Source of the DNA: Piromyces finnis finn
Lineage: Eukaryota; Fungi; Neocallimastigomycota
Assembly (NCBI GenBank): GCA_002104945.1
Contig: MCFH01000074.1
Span: forward strand, 160,177-224,176
Direction of reading: 5' to 3'
DNA length: 64,000 bases
How positions within the stretch are numbered: position 1 is the stretch's first letter; the number at the start of each line of letters is the position of its first letter. Under the pieces are notes generated by a model. It did not search any database, had not been told where the DNA came from, and saw nothing but the letters and a program-made list of their open reading frames with translations. Shown one piece after another: positions 14,339 through 28,100 of this stretch. A program made the position numbers and the translations under genes.

Positions 14339-15152
14339 TGCTACGGTTCAAATAAGATATCACAAAACACTTGAATAGTTATAAAAATAAAAATTTATTT
14401 AATTTTAATTTTTATTCATTTAATTTATTTTTTGATTTTTCAATTTTTAATATTTTTCTCAAAAATCCTCGTACTTTTTCCAACTATCCATTATTTGAAA
14501 TTTAATGGTTTTGGATAGCTAAGGATTTAAATTGATTTCATTCATAATATATGGATCATTCACTGTAACATATATTAATTAAATCCTTAATATATATTAT
14601 GAATAATCTCTTAATATTTGAATAGAAAAATTTTTAATTTATAATTAATAAATTTTTAATTTATGATATGTGTAACATTTTTGCATATCATATATTATAT
14701 ATTCAATTATAACATATAATAAAATTATATTATCCAATTAATTATGCCCTTTTTTAGACATAAATAATAATTTTTCTGTCGAGGTATCTTCTGTTTTGGG
14801 TGTAACAGTTGCCTCTTTTAGTAAAAATTATAATTAATTTTTATGTCATAATTTTAAATTATAAAATATTATACAATAAAGTTAATTAATAAAATGAACC
14901 TTAAATAATAATAAAATACCTATAACTATTTTAATAATAAAATTTGGTAAAATTATATAAGTATAAAATATTATAAGTAATTATACTAATACTAATAATA
15001 AAGGTCTTAAATAACTATATAAAAATAATATAACTATATAATAAAAATATTAATAATTACTAGAAAAATGTATAAAAATTATATATTATAATTTTTATAT
15101 TTTAAAAATAGAGTTAAACACTAGTAAGGAATATAAATAGTTGAAGGTTAAA
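14339..15152. repeat. Solo LTR H1, left part (split by element J; remainder at 33532-33576)
   Basis: Colinear with 59308-60161. Rejoining across the J TSD TTAAA restores the LTR. 4-bp TSD AATA (14335-14338 / 33577-33580). Confidence 0.88.
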
Positions 15153-15833
15153 TGTCAAAATCACAATTCATGAAATTTGACATTTCATGAAATTTCATAA
15201 TTTTGAATTATTAGTTAAATTAATTAAAATATTAATTTAATAATATTTTACTAATAATAGTTTATTTAATATAAATATTAATTGGAAAGCTATTTATTAT
15301 CCGGAGATAAATAGAGTGTAACAATTAATTAATATTAAACAAACCAATTAGTAAAATAAGATTCATTTAAATAATTATTAATATTATTTTTAACAACTTA
15401 TTAATATCGATATTTAAAGAAAATTATATTATTATTATTATTATTATATTTTATTAATATTTATATTTATATTATTATACATGTATAACTTAAATTATAT
15501 TATTATTATACTTTATTAATATCAATGTTATATTAAAAATGAAAGTATAAATAAGTTGAACAAAGAACAACTTTAAGAAGTTCTTTGTGAGATTATTATA
15601 CTCATTTTTATATAGTAAATTCAATATTTAAAATTAATAATTATCATTTACTTATATTATAAAAATTAAATAAAATATTTCTTAAAAAACTATATTTATT
15701 ACTCTTTTATTTATAAAAATTTATTATTTACTATATAATTAAGCCTATCCTAACCTAGTAGACTTAATTATAATTCTAAATCCACTCTAACTCTTGACAA
15801 TAATCTCACCTTAACTTTGGTTACTACCTTAGG

Positions 15834-18800
15834 ATGGCAGAACAAAACTTTGCTAGCTCTTGGCAAACTATGGATGAAGTTAATCAACTCCGCGAAGATG
15901 CTAAAACTACTGCTGTAGACATTATGAACAGCGTTCAAGAAAACTTTGCTACTATTAGTCAAGTTAAAGACTTTGAAAAACATATTGAATCTCAGTTTCA
16001 AGAAATTAAAAGAAATACTGCTAATTTCGCACAAGTTTTGGAATCGGTCTCTAACAATATCAACACCATTCAAGAGTATTTAAATAAGAATGGAAAACCA
16101 AGTGGTGGTCAGCCAGACCTAACCCCTTCAGTTGCCCCATCTACATCTACAAAATATGATTTGGATTTTGATGTAATAATGAGATCAAAATATTCCACTC
16201 CAATAAATCAAGTTCCAGACCCAGGTCTTTTTTCTGGTGATCCTCATGAAACTGAACTATTCTGTCAAATTTGTGAAGATACTTTTAGCACCTATCCTAA
16301 TAAACATATGATGGAAGAAGCCAAAATTAATTTTGTTAAAACAAGATTAAGAGGAATTGCTAGAACTTGGTATTTAACAAGATACAGTGGAAATACCCAT
16401 CCCTCTACTATGTTCGAATTATTAGGAGAATTAAAAAACGCTTTTCCAAATGTTTCAAGCCGTAAATTAGCTAAGATCAAGCTAAGTAAATTGAAACAAA
16501 CATATGGAAAAATTAATGAATATATGGAAGAATTTAGATCATATATTCAATATTTTAACTGGGATCAAGAGGCTGTTACTCTTATGTTTTATACTGGTCT
16601 TCATCCTAAGTATCAAGAAGATATTGAAAGATTAGATGACTTTCCTACTACTCTCGAAGCTATTTTCACAAGATGTATTATATTTGAACAAAACAATGTT
16701 TCAAATAAAAAGTTAACCAAATTAATAATAAAAGCCATGGAAGAAAAAATTCATTTTATAATAACAATAACAATAATTATAATAATAATAGAAACAATTA
16801 TCAAAAATATCACAATAATAATAATAACAATAATAATTTAAAATCTAATTATTCAACTAATAATAATGGTGGTAATAATAATAATAATTATTCCACTACA
16901 AAAACCCAAAAAATTTCTTCAAAAAATTTTTAAACAATGAACACCATAAGACGTCAATGGATGTTCATAATACACCAAAAATTATTTATTATAATTTCCC
17001 ATCTCTAGAGAACAAAGAAAATCCCAATTTAAATTCATTTCTAACCTTTAATTCATATATTCCTAAAGAATTTCTAAATAACAACTCTAATTTTATTACC
17101 AATTCTCCAATAACCTGTAATTCAATACTTGATTCAGGTTCCTCATGCAACTTTATTTCTACCATATTTGTAGAAAAATATAATTTAATTAAAAGAAAAT
17201 TAAAAAACAAATTGATTATAAAAGGTATTAGTGGGTTTACTACTGATATCAATGATTATGTTTATTTAAAATTTCAATTAAAAATTTTTATCAAAAATAA
17301 ATTTTATTTTATATCTTTTAAAGAAAAATTCTTAGTTTCAGAACATATTCCTATGGATTTATTATTTGGAAATAAATTCATGAAGAAATTTAAGATTCAT
17401 TTTAATTATAAAAATAATCATTTATATTGTAATAATTTTAAACACTTCAATAATAAGAATTTAAAAATTTTTTCAAAAAATTTAAAAATTTCTCATTCTA
17501 AAAAAGATTTTAATAATTCATTTTCCGATAATACTAATAATAATTCTACTAATTTCTCTCATAAATCTAATCGTCAAGTTAAAGATAATAATTCTACGTC
17601 TTTTAATAAGAGTGATATCAATTATTTTATCCATTCATTTTTATCTGAAAATGTCGAAAATTTTGAAGATGATGAATAAAATGACCTAACCCTTATCATG
17701 GATGATATCCCTAATGAATATAAAGATCTTGCTGTTGTTTTCAGCAAATCAAAAGCTGATAAGTTACCTCCACACCGTTTAACTGATTGTAAAATAGTCC
17801 TAGAAAATGACGCCACTTTACATTATGGACCTATCTATCCTTTATCAAGACAAGAGGAAGAAGCCTTACAAGAATATATTAATGAAAATCTTAAAAAAGG
17901 TTTTATTAGGCCCTCTGAATCTCCTGCAGGTTACCCTGTTGTTTTCCAGAAGAAAAAAGATGGCTCATTAAGGGTCTGTATTGATTACAAAAAGTTAAAC
18001 GCTATAACAGTAAGAAATTCGTACCCTTTACCTCTAATTTCAGATATCATTGAAAGGGTTAGGGGTTCAAAAATTTTCACTAAATTGGACTTGAGATCAG
18101 CTTATAATTTGATAAGAATAAAAGAAGGTGATGAATATAAGACTGCTTTTAGAACAAAGTTTGGTCATTACGAATATTTAGTAATGCCATATGGATTAAA
18201 AAATGCTCCAGCAATATTTCAATCATTCATAAATTCAATATTACGCGAATATTTGGATAAATTTGTTATTTTATACATGGATGATATTTTAATTTTCTCA
18301 GAAAATCTCAACGATCATATCAACCATGTAAGATCTGTTTTAGATAAATTAATACAAAACAACTTATATGCAAAATTTGAAAAATGTGAATTTCATAAAA
18401 ATGAAGTTGAATTCTTAGGTTTCACTATTTCAGGTAATGGTATCTCTACTGATCCAAAGAAGATCGAAGCTATTAAAGAATGGCCTAGACCAAAATGTGT
18501 TAAAGATGTTCAACGCTTTCTTGGTCTTTGTAATTATTATAGAAGGTTTGTTAATAATTTTGCCAAAATCGCCAAACCTTTACATAATTTAACTAGGAAA
18601 AATGTTAAGTTTCATTGGAATAAGATATGTGATGATGCTTTCGTAAATTTACAAAATAAATTAATTACCTCTCCCGTTTTAGTTTTTCCTGACACTAATA
18701 GGCCGTTTATAGTAGAATGTGATGCCAGCAATTTCGCAATAGGTTCCGTTTTATCTCTATGATGATGATAAAAAACTACATCCTGTTGCTTATTTTTCCA

Positions 18801-20635
18801 GAAGTTTAAATGATACAGAAAGGAACTATTCTATTACAGATAAAGAACTTCTTTCTATTAAATCTGCTTTTTCGGCTTGGCGACATCTACTTTTAGGTGC
18901 TAAATTTAAAGTAAAAGTTTATACAGACCACCGCAATTTACTTTATACTTTAGGTGGAAAAATTCAAAATCAACGTCAACATCGTTGGCATCTCTTCTTT
19001 CAAGAATATGATTTTGAATTAATTTATCGCCAAGGAAGAAAAAATGGTAAGCCAGATAGTCTCTCTAGAAGACCTGATTATAATTCTGGTAATGAACAAA
19101 TAAAACCTGAGCATATTTTAGATATAAAAAATGTTAAAAACATTCCATGTTTTGTGGGAATTCTTAGTGACTTTATTGATAAAGTTATCGAATATACTAA
19201 AACAGATAATACTGCAAACGATATTAGATTATATTTTGCACCAAATAATGCTAATCAAGGTTATTTTTATAGACCTTTTAGAAAAATGAATAAATTCAAG
19301 ATTCAAAATAATATGATTCTTTATAATAATTTAATATATATTCCTGAAGCTTTAAGATTAGAAGTACTTATGCGATACCATGAAAATCCTGCTGCTGGTC
19401 ATTTGGGTATTAAAAGAACTGAAGAATTAATTACTAGAAACTATTGGTGGCCAAAAATTCATAAAGATGTAACTGAATTTGTTAATTCTTGTGAAACTTG
19501 TACTAGAAACAAATTCAATAAACACAAAAAATATGGTCCTTTACAACCTTTAGAAACTCCTGATAGACCATGGCGTTCTGTTGAAATTGACTTTTTATGT
19601 GGTTTACCTGATTCTAAAGGATATACTGTTCTAATGGTTACTGTAGATAGATTTTCAAAAATGATTCATTTAGTTCCTTTTAAGAAAATACCCGATGCTA
19701 AACAAACAGCTACAGCTTTTATTAAAAATATATTCAAACTTCATGGATTGCCTTCTGATATTTATACTGATCGTGGTTCTCAATTTACTAGTGATCTTTG
19801 GAATAGTTTAATGGAAGAACTTAAAGTTAAAACTAAAATTGCTACCACTGATCATCATGAAACAGTCGGGCAAGTTGAAAGATGTAACTCTTTTATTGAA
19901 CAATATTTCCGCTGTTATTCAAAGTCCTATTATCATGATGATTGGGTTGAATGGATTCACTTAGCCGAATTTGTTTATAACAATTCTATTAATGAGTCTA
20001 CCAAACAAAGTCCTTTCTTTATTAACTATGGATTCCACCCTCCTGTTGATGATGTTTTCCTTTATGACAAATCCTATACTAATAATAATTTTATTAGAAA
20101 TGTTTGTGATAATTTTAATTATGTTAAAGAAGTTTTATTTAGAGCCAAGGATTTATATAAAAAACATGCCGATAAGAAAAGGATGTCACCTCCTATATTT
20201 AAAGTTGGCGATAAAGTTTGGATTCAAGCTCCTCCATCCTTTTCTACGGAAGAAACTCCAAAACTTTCTCCTTGTAAATATGGACCCTATAAAGTTTTAT
20301 ATGTTTTGGAAAATAACAATTATAAAATAGATATACACAACTCTCCTTTCCCAAAACATCATCCAATCTTCCATATTTCGGAACTTGAACCTTTTATTCC
20401 TACCCCTTCAAGATTTTTATCAAGATCAAAGGATCCCGAATCAATTAAAGACATCATTGAGATTGCGGGATTTTGAACTAATTATAAACTTAAACGGTAT
20501 GAATACAAAATTAGATACAAATACCGTTCTCAATATAATTGGGTTCCTTCTAGTGAAGTTGAAGATAACCCAAGAAACCAAAATATCTTCTTATTATATT
20601 TAAAGAATAATAGGAAGCCTATTGATATCGCTTAT

Positions 20636-20641
<6 letters not shown>
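15834..20641 (+). pseudogene. J gag-pol, disrupted
   Basis: Gag (15834), protease ILDSGSS, RT YMDD, RNase H, integrase HHCC/GPY, divergent chromodomain-like tail 20477-20641. Lesions: two frame changes in the gag 3' region (~16700, ~16900), in-frame TAA at 17677-17679, frameshift at ~18757, in-frame TGA at 20474-20476. Confidence 0.88.
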
Positions 20642-20676
<35 letters not shown>

Positions 20677-22096
20677 AGAGAAAGAGAGAGAGAATGAAAA
20701 AAAAAATGAGAAAATTATTATAATACAAAATTACTTCAATTTAACCCATCACAGATTTAAAAATTGAAATTTCAAAAATTTTTATATTCACTATTTTTTA
20801 ATTATAAAATTTATTTTTCAGCTTATTATTATTAATATTTTTAATATCAAATTTTAAAAATTTCAAAAAACATAAAAAACCCTTTAAAATCAAAATTTAA
20901 AATTTCAAAAAATTCAAAATTTCAATTATGACAGTTGTACAACATAAAAAATTTCAAAAACACATTTTTTATACAATACATATATGTATTTCATAACAAA
21001 ATTTCATTTTTACCAATTTTTGACAACTTTTGAAATTTCGCGAAATGGCCATTTAAAATTCATTCCTCCATCCTCATGTGACCATTTCGAAATTTCAAAA
21101 ATTTTGAAAATATTAAAATTTCAATATTTTAAATTCAATATAAGATATTCCACTATCAAAAAATTGTCTAGTATCCAATTTTAGTGGAAGGGCGTTGTCA
21201 AAATCACAATTCATGAAATTTGACATTTCATGAAATTTCATAATTTTGAATTATTAGTTAAATTAATTAAAATATTAATTTAATAATATTTTACTAATAA
21301 TAGTTTATTTAATATAAATATTAATTGGAAAGCTATTTATTATCCGGAGATAAATAGAGTGTAACAATTAATTAATATTAAACAAACCAATTAGTAAAAT
21401 AAGATTCATTTAAATAATTATTAATATTATTTTTAACAACTTATTAATATCTGTAATGCTGACACAGAAAGAATAGATTAGGATATCTATTCTATTACAA
21501 TAACACTAAAGATTTATATAAAATTGTTTTGTTAAAAAAATATCTTTTATTATAATAGAAATTATATTAATAACAATTACATCGATAAAATGATGAAAAA
21601 TATCTTCTATTTATATTTTTCCTAAATACATTTATATTATATTATAACTATTTATTTCTTATATTATTATTTAAAATCTACACTAAAATCTTAATTATTA
21701 ATAAATATTTAAACTATAACTATTTTTAGTAAAATACAATTGGCAATTCAAATTAAGTACTATTCAATTTGAATATGTGCCCATGTATTATTGATATATT
21801 AAACATTTAATAATTATATACTAGATGTCTATTTCTATTACAAAACAATACTAAAACTAGGGATTTAAATTGAGAATATTAATTTACTTGTTAAACATTA
21901 AAAATAAATTAATAATTTATTTTGTTTTAAACTTTAATTATTAATAAATAAATTATGTCTCATTTTCTTTTTCTGAATATAATTTGTGTAACTTAAACAA
22001 TAATACTTGTGGCTTAAGTTACATTAAAGATATCAAACAGAGGCGTTTGATATCTTTACAATCTCTCTCTCTAAGTCGAGCTCCTGCGAGATTAAT

Positions 22097-24349
22097 TTAT
22101 AAGGAATCTTTTCTCGAAGGAATTTCAATTACAAATGGTTGGTATCTGTGCTTGATTAGATTACCAACTTTATTCTTTCTAATTTTCATGGAGGAGTCGT
22201 TCGACTTATATTTTGACTTTTTAGAGTTTCTTTCAAACTCTTGTATTAATTGTTTATCTGGAATCTGATCTTCAGAAATCCAAGTGGATTTGTCAAATCC
22301 TTTCCATGATAACTTATAAAATGTTTCACCATTAACAGATTTCATCTTTTCAATTTTCTCTGGAATTTTTTCAATTAAATCTGTGTTAAGGTGAATGTTC
22401 CTCTTCCTACGATTAGACCTGTCGTTAAACTTGTTTTCAAAGTATGGTTCTAACAATGAAACATGAAAGACTGGATGACATCTCATTGTCTTTGGAAGTT
22501 TCAGTTTGAAAGCGAGAGAACTAACTTTTTCAATTATCTCAAATGGGCCAAGCATTTGAGGTGCTAATTTTCTCTTTAGGTTAGTTCCAGGAGAATCTTT
22601 CAATAACCATACCTTCTTTCCCATTTCGAACTCCGGGGGAATCATTCTCTTCATATCGGCATATTTCTTATATGTTTCTTTTGCTTTTTCTAAGTTTTCT
22701 TTTAATAATTTAAAGTTTTCATTCATATCAATTACTCTTTGTTCAGCTCTACTAGGTCTATCATTAGCTGGAATTTCTAAGCTGAACTTTGGATGAAAAC
22801 CATAATTAGCAAAGAATGGAGATTGATTTATAGATTGTTGTAAAGTATTATTATATGCAAATTCAGCAAATGGGATAAGATCAACCCAGTTATTCTGCTT
22901 TTTATTTATAAAACAACGGAAATATTGTTCTAATATGCCGTTCACCCTCTCCGTTTGACCATCTGTCTGCGGATGGTTGGCAGTTGATAATGAATGATTG
23001 ATATTAAGAAGGTCACAAAGTCTTGACCAAAAGTCAGAAGTAAATTGCGAGCCTCTATCAGAAATGATGGAATCAGGAAGACCATGCAAACGGAAGACAT
23101 TAGCAATAAAAGCATCAGCAGCAATCGAAGCAGTAGGAAGACAACGTAAAGGAATGGCGTGAGCAAATTTAGTAAATCTATCGACAACAACCATGAGAGT
23201 TGTCATATCTCTGGACTTAGGAAGATCAACAATAAAATCAATAGAAATATCAGACCAGGGCCTACTGGGAGTGTCCAAAGGGGATAACAATCCATAAGGC
23301 TTATGTCTGGGGACTTTGGATTTGCAACAAGTCACGCAAGATTTGATAAAAGATTTAACGTCTGAATGAAACCTTGGCCACCAAAAGTTTCTGGAAATCA
23401 GTTCAGTGGTTTTCTTAATACCGAAATGACCAGCAGCAACAGAATCATGATGAAGTTCCAAAACTCTTGTCCTAAGAGATTTAGGAACATAAATAAGATT
23501 ATTATATAACAAAAATCCTTCGTTATCAATAATAACTTTATCAATATTTTTAATAGGTGCATTACATGCAGAACCATTCATTTTAAATTGGACAATAGAA
23601 TTATACAAATCGTCATTTTTAAGTTCTAATAAAATAGAATCGATTAACGGTTTGTTATCGCTATGATGAAACGAAATAGTAAGACAAGAAACATCAGAAT
23701 TAATAATATTCTCTACATGGTCACTTCTACGAGACAGGATATCAGGCTTACCGGATTTCTTTCCAGCTCTATAAATGAGTTTAAAACCAAATCTGGATAA
23801 GAACAAATTCCATCTAATTTGTCTCTGAGATAACATTTCAGGTTTTCTAGGAAATGTTAAATTCTTGTGATCAGTATAAATTATGAACGGATGGCGTGCA
23901 CCTTCTAAATAATGACGCCATTCTTCAAGAGCAACTACAATAGCTAAAAGTTCCTTGTCATATATAGGATAGTTTCTTTGACAACTCGTCAAACTTTTAG
24001 AAAGAAATGCAATAGGATGTAATTTGCCATCAAATTCTTGAGAGAGAATAGCACCGACAGCATAATTACTAGCATCAGTTTCTACAATAAATTGTTTATT
24101 ACTATCCGCATGTTTTAGAATAGGAGCTGACGTGAACAGAGATTTTAATAAAATAAAAGCGTCCTGATCTTCTTTCACCCAGTTAAAAGCAACATTCTTT
24201 CTAGTGAGTTTGTGAAGAGGGTTTGCAATTTTAGCAAAGTCTTTAATAAAAATTCTGTAATAGTTGCATAAACCAATAAAAGACTGAACCTCTTTAACAT
24301 TCTTGGGAACCGGCCAATCGAGAATTGCTTTAACTTTATTCTCATCCAT
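22097..24349 (-). CDS. A pol, 3' part (RT end, RNase H, integrase, divergent chromodomain)
   Basis: Continues the frame of 29780-31126 once B and one ATTTG copy are removed (GLQ-MDENKV). DAS/DKE RNase H motifs, integrase HHCC and D,D35E, GPF, FYKLSWKGF...W. Confidence 0.9.
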   Translation of the reverse strand: MDENKVKAILDWPVPKNVKEVQSFIGLCNYYRIFIKDFAKIANPLHKLTRKNVAFNWVKEDQDAFILLKSLFTSAPILKHADSNKQFIVETDASNYAVGAILSQEFDGKLHPIAFLSKSLTSCQRNYPIYDKELLAIVVALEEWRHYLEGARHPFIIYTDHKNLTFPRKPEMLSQRQIRWNLFLSRFGFKLIYRAGKKSGKPDILSRRSDHVENIINSDVSCLTISFHHSDNKPLIDSILLELKNDDLYNSIVQFKMNGSACNAPIKNIDKVIIDNEGFLLYNNLIYVPKSLRTRVLELHHDSVAAGHFGIKKTTELISRNFWWPRFHSDVKSFIKSCVTCCKSKVPRHKPYGLLSPLDTPSRPWSDISIDFIVDLPKSRDMTTLMVVVDRFTKFAHAIPLRCLPTASIAADAFIANVFRLHGLPDSIISDRGSQFTSDFWSRLCDLLNINHSLSTANHPQTDGQTERVNGILEQYFRCFINKKQNNWVDLIPFAEFAYNNTLQQSINQSPFFANYGFHPKFSLEIPANDRPSRAEQRVIDMNENFKLLKENLEKAKETYKKYADMKRMIPPEFEMGKKVWLLKDSPGTNLKRKLAPQMLGPFEIIEKVSSLAFKLKLPKTMRCHPVFHVSLLEPYFENKFNDRSNRRKRNIHLNTDLIEKIPEKIEKMKSVNGETFYKLSWKGFDKSTWISEDQIPDKQLIQEFERNSKKSKYKSNDSSMKIRKNKVGNLIKHRYQPFVIEIPSRKDSL

Positions 24350-24352
24350 TTG

Positions 24353-25129
24353 TGTAACGAAATATTATAATAATAAACACACACACTCTAATGTATCAAA
24401 TATATATGTATTTTTTTAATAATGTTTATTTATTAAATTTATTATTATAATACGACTAACTCGCTAGGTCAGTGTATTATCAAACTAAAGACGAAATAAA
24501 AAAACTAATTTTTATTAATTATTAATAAAAACACTAAAGAACTATTTTATCTTTCTTATTCTCTCTTTTATACATGAAAATTATTATTTTTTTTTTTAAT
24601 ACAATTTGATAAGTGAATTAATTACTTAATGATTGGTTATAAAAATATAATTATGAAATTTTCATTAATCTAACCTTAATGATTTTCTAGTCTAACCCTT
24701 ATCATTAGATATACCTCATTACAAGCTCCTCCTCTAAATTCGGATTCCAGACGAATTTATAAGCTAATAATTTTTTTTTTTTTTTTTAAATAGGCAGTTG
24801 ACTTCATATGAGAATTAAAAGGTGTGGTACAATGGTCGAGTAGTTGGCAATGAACTAGAAGGTTGTGGGTTCGAAGTCGGGGTTGGTAGAGTAACTTTGA
24901 TGTAAGGCGGGTTGGCGCCAAGACTAAAGTATGTCCAACAAGTACTAGAGGTTTCATAGGCAAGGTTCCAATATGGCCGTTTGATAGTACTTGTTCTTGG
25001 TAGCTTGTAAGTCCAGTAAATCCCTATGGGAGCTTCGCCAAAACGGTATCGGTTAAGTTTATTCTAAAAATTAATATTCCCTCATTTGTGTCTAAAAATT
25101 AATGAAAATTAGTTAATTTTATTATTATT

Positions 25130-25164
<35 letters not shown>

Positions 25165-28100
25165 GGGTCTTGTTGAATTCTCTTAGCTTTGCTGGACAGT
25201 TCAGATTTTCTTCGGGTTCCCATGAGGCTTCTGAAATAGGATATCCTTTCCATTTGATCAAGTACTGAGTTTTGTTATAGCGTCTTCTTTTGTCCAGAAT
25301 TTCTTCTACTTCGTATTCCTCCTCTTCGTTTATAATGACAGGTGGTGGAGGTTGAACTTTTCGGTTTGTACTTTTCCCTTCGAAGTAAGGCTCGAGAGAT
25401 GATTTATGGAATACCGGATCAATCTTCATGTTACCAGGGAGTTTCAATTTGAATGAGACTTCTGATATTTGTTGTTCAATTTCATAGGGACCGAGTTTCC
25501 GAGGGGTGAATTTTTTATTTCCCTTAACTAAATTATTATTGATTAACCATACCTTTTCTCCTGGTTTGAATGACGGGCCTGGTTGTCTATGTCTATTGGC
25601 GAAATGTTCTTGTTTCTTTTGGGCTTCCGAAAGGTTTTTCTTGAGGGTGCTGATAATTTCTTTTAATTCTTTTGTGTATTCTTCAGCTCTTGGAACTTCA
25701 CTTGTTGTTGGAATTGTTGGATTAAAATTAGGATGGAAACCATAGTTCAAGAAGAAGGGTGTTTGTTTTGCAGATTCTTGAACTGAATTATTGTAACTAA
25801 ATTCAGCTAGGCTTAAGTATTCGATCCAGTTAGTGCCTTTGTAATTTGAGAAGCAGCGTAGATATTGTTCTACAACGGAGTTCACTCTCTCCGTCTGGCC
25901 ATTGGATTGGTGGTGATAAGCAGAAGAGTATTTCAAATCAATCTTGAGGGTAGCAAAGAATTTCTTCCAAAACTTTGAAGTGAACTGAGAACCTTGGTCG
26001 AGAACAATGTCGGAGGGGCATCCATGAAGTTTGAAGACGTTGTTAATGAAAGCTTCGGCAGCACGTTCAGCAGTGGGAACTTTTTCAAGAGGGATAAAGT
26101 GAGCCATTTTTGTCAATCGATCAATGACAACGAAGATACAGGTAAATCCACGAGAAGAGGGGAGGTCAGTGATAAAATCCATAGCAATGGAAGACCAGGG
26201 ACGTTCACCTAAAGGAAGAGTGGATAATAACCCGTAAGGTTTATGTCTAGAGGATTTCGAACGACAGCAGACCTCACAAGAACGGACATAGTCCTTAACA
26301 TCCTGATACATTTTGGGCCACCAGTAGTTACGGGAAATCAAGGATAAAGTTTTTGAAATACCAAAATGGCCGGCAGCAGGGGAGTCATGACAAGAAGACA
26401 GAATTTCAACTCGGCAATCATTAGGAACATAGATTTTATCTTGGAAAAGGAGGACGTTGTTACTAAGTTTGTAGTCAGAAGAACAATTATCATTGAGAAG
26501 TTGATTAGAAGTCTCAATGAAGAATTTGTCAAGTTTACAAGAGAGAGCAATTTTTTCAAGAAGAGAAGAAGGAGTGGATGAAGCAAAGCAGGAGCTGAAA
26601 TTTTCGGGACGAAAGACAGAGTTATTAGAATCGGAATTGCAAGAGTGATCAAGATAATCAGGTCTTCTTGACAAGGCATCGGTTTTCCCGTTCGAGGAAC
26701 CAGGGCGATATTCAATGACAAAATCGAATTCAGCAAGGAAAAGGGACCATCTAATTAATCTCTGAGTCATCTTCTCCGGTTTCTTCTGAAAAAGGAGGTT
26801 TCTGTGGTCTGATATAATTTTGAAAGGATGATTCGCACCTTTCAAAAAATGTCTCCACACTTCTAAGGACGCGACGATAGCCAAAAGTTCTTTATCATAG
26901 ATAGGGTAGTTCTTCTCCGGGTTTGTAAGGGATCTAGAAAAGAACGCAACAGGGTGAAGAATATTGTCGGACTTGTTGACTTGAGACAATACAGCACCTA
27001 TGGCGAAGTTACTTGCATCGGTTTCGACAACGAAAGGTAGGTCAACATCAGGATATGCAAGGATAGGCTGACTAATAAAATGCTTAACCAAAGCATCAAA
27101 AGCATCTTGAGCGGTATCGTTCCAAACGAAGGCGGTGTTCTTCTTGCAAAGTTGGTGGAGTGGGTGAGCAATCTTAGCAAAGCCAGGAATAAATCTACGA
27201 TAATAGTTGGCTAAGCCTAGGAAAGATTGTAGCTCATGGACCGATTTAGGAGTCGGCCATTCCGCAATGGCTTTCACCTTATTAGGGTCCATTCCGATAC
27301 CAGAGGCAGAGATTCTATGACCAAGGAAGTCAAGACAAGGAGAGTCGAATAGACATTTTTCAAGTTTAGCGTACAGTCCGGCTTCTTCGAGTCTACGAAG
27401 GACTTCATTGACGTGTTCATGATGTTCGGCTATATTATCAGAGAAAATGATAATATCGTCAATATACGAAAAGACGAATTTACCGATAATGCCTTCAAGA
27501 ACGTCGTTAATAAAATGTTGGAAGACTGCAGGAGCGTTCTTGAGACCGAAAGGCATTACCAGATATTCGAAATGGCCAAATTGACAGGTGAAGGCGGTCT
27601 TATATTCATCGCCTTCTTTGATTCTTACCAAGTTATAGGCGGATCGAAGATCTAGCTTCGAGAACACCTTAGCTTTTCCTAGATGATCCAACATGTCTTG
27701 GATCAATGGGAGAGGGTACGAGTTCCTAATGGTGATTTCGTTCAAGCGGCGGTAGTCGATACACATACGAAGTTCTCCACTCTTCTTCGGGACAAACAGA
27801 ACGGGAGCACCAGCTGGCGATTTGGATTTGCGGATAAACCCCTTTTTTAAATTTTCATTAATGGTTTCTTCTAATACCTTTGATTCTTTCTCAGTAAGTC
27901 GGTAGATTGGACCATAAAACAAGTTGCTATTTGGTCTCAGGTTGATCTCACAGTCGTACGGGCGATGAGGAGGGAGTTTATCAGCGAGCCTTTCCTCGAA
28001 CACTTTGGAGTGTTGAGAGTAGTGAATTGGAATTTGGGGTGACTCAACTTCAGGTTCTTCTAAACAAGTGAATACATTGAAAGGGTATTCAGGTGTATTT

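Noticed and set aside
15148-15152. J insertion as another tRNA-targeted event
   Set aside because: It lies 45 bp inside H1, so about 59 bp from the tRNA at best, which does not match the 13-14 bp geometry. No A/B boxes are nearby.
15834-20641. RIP-like hypermutation as the cause of J's stops
   Set aside because: Only two stops are seen, neighbouring repeats keep intact ORFs, and a dinucleotide-bias test would be needed that I cannot run.
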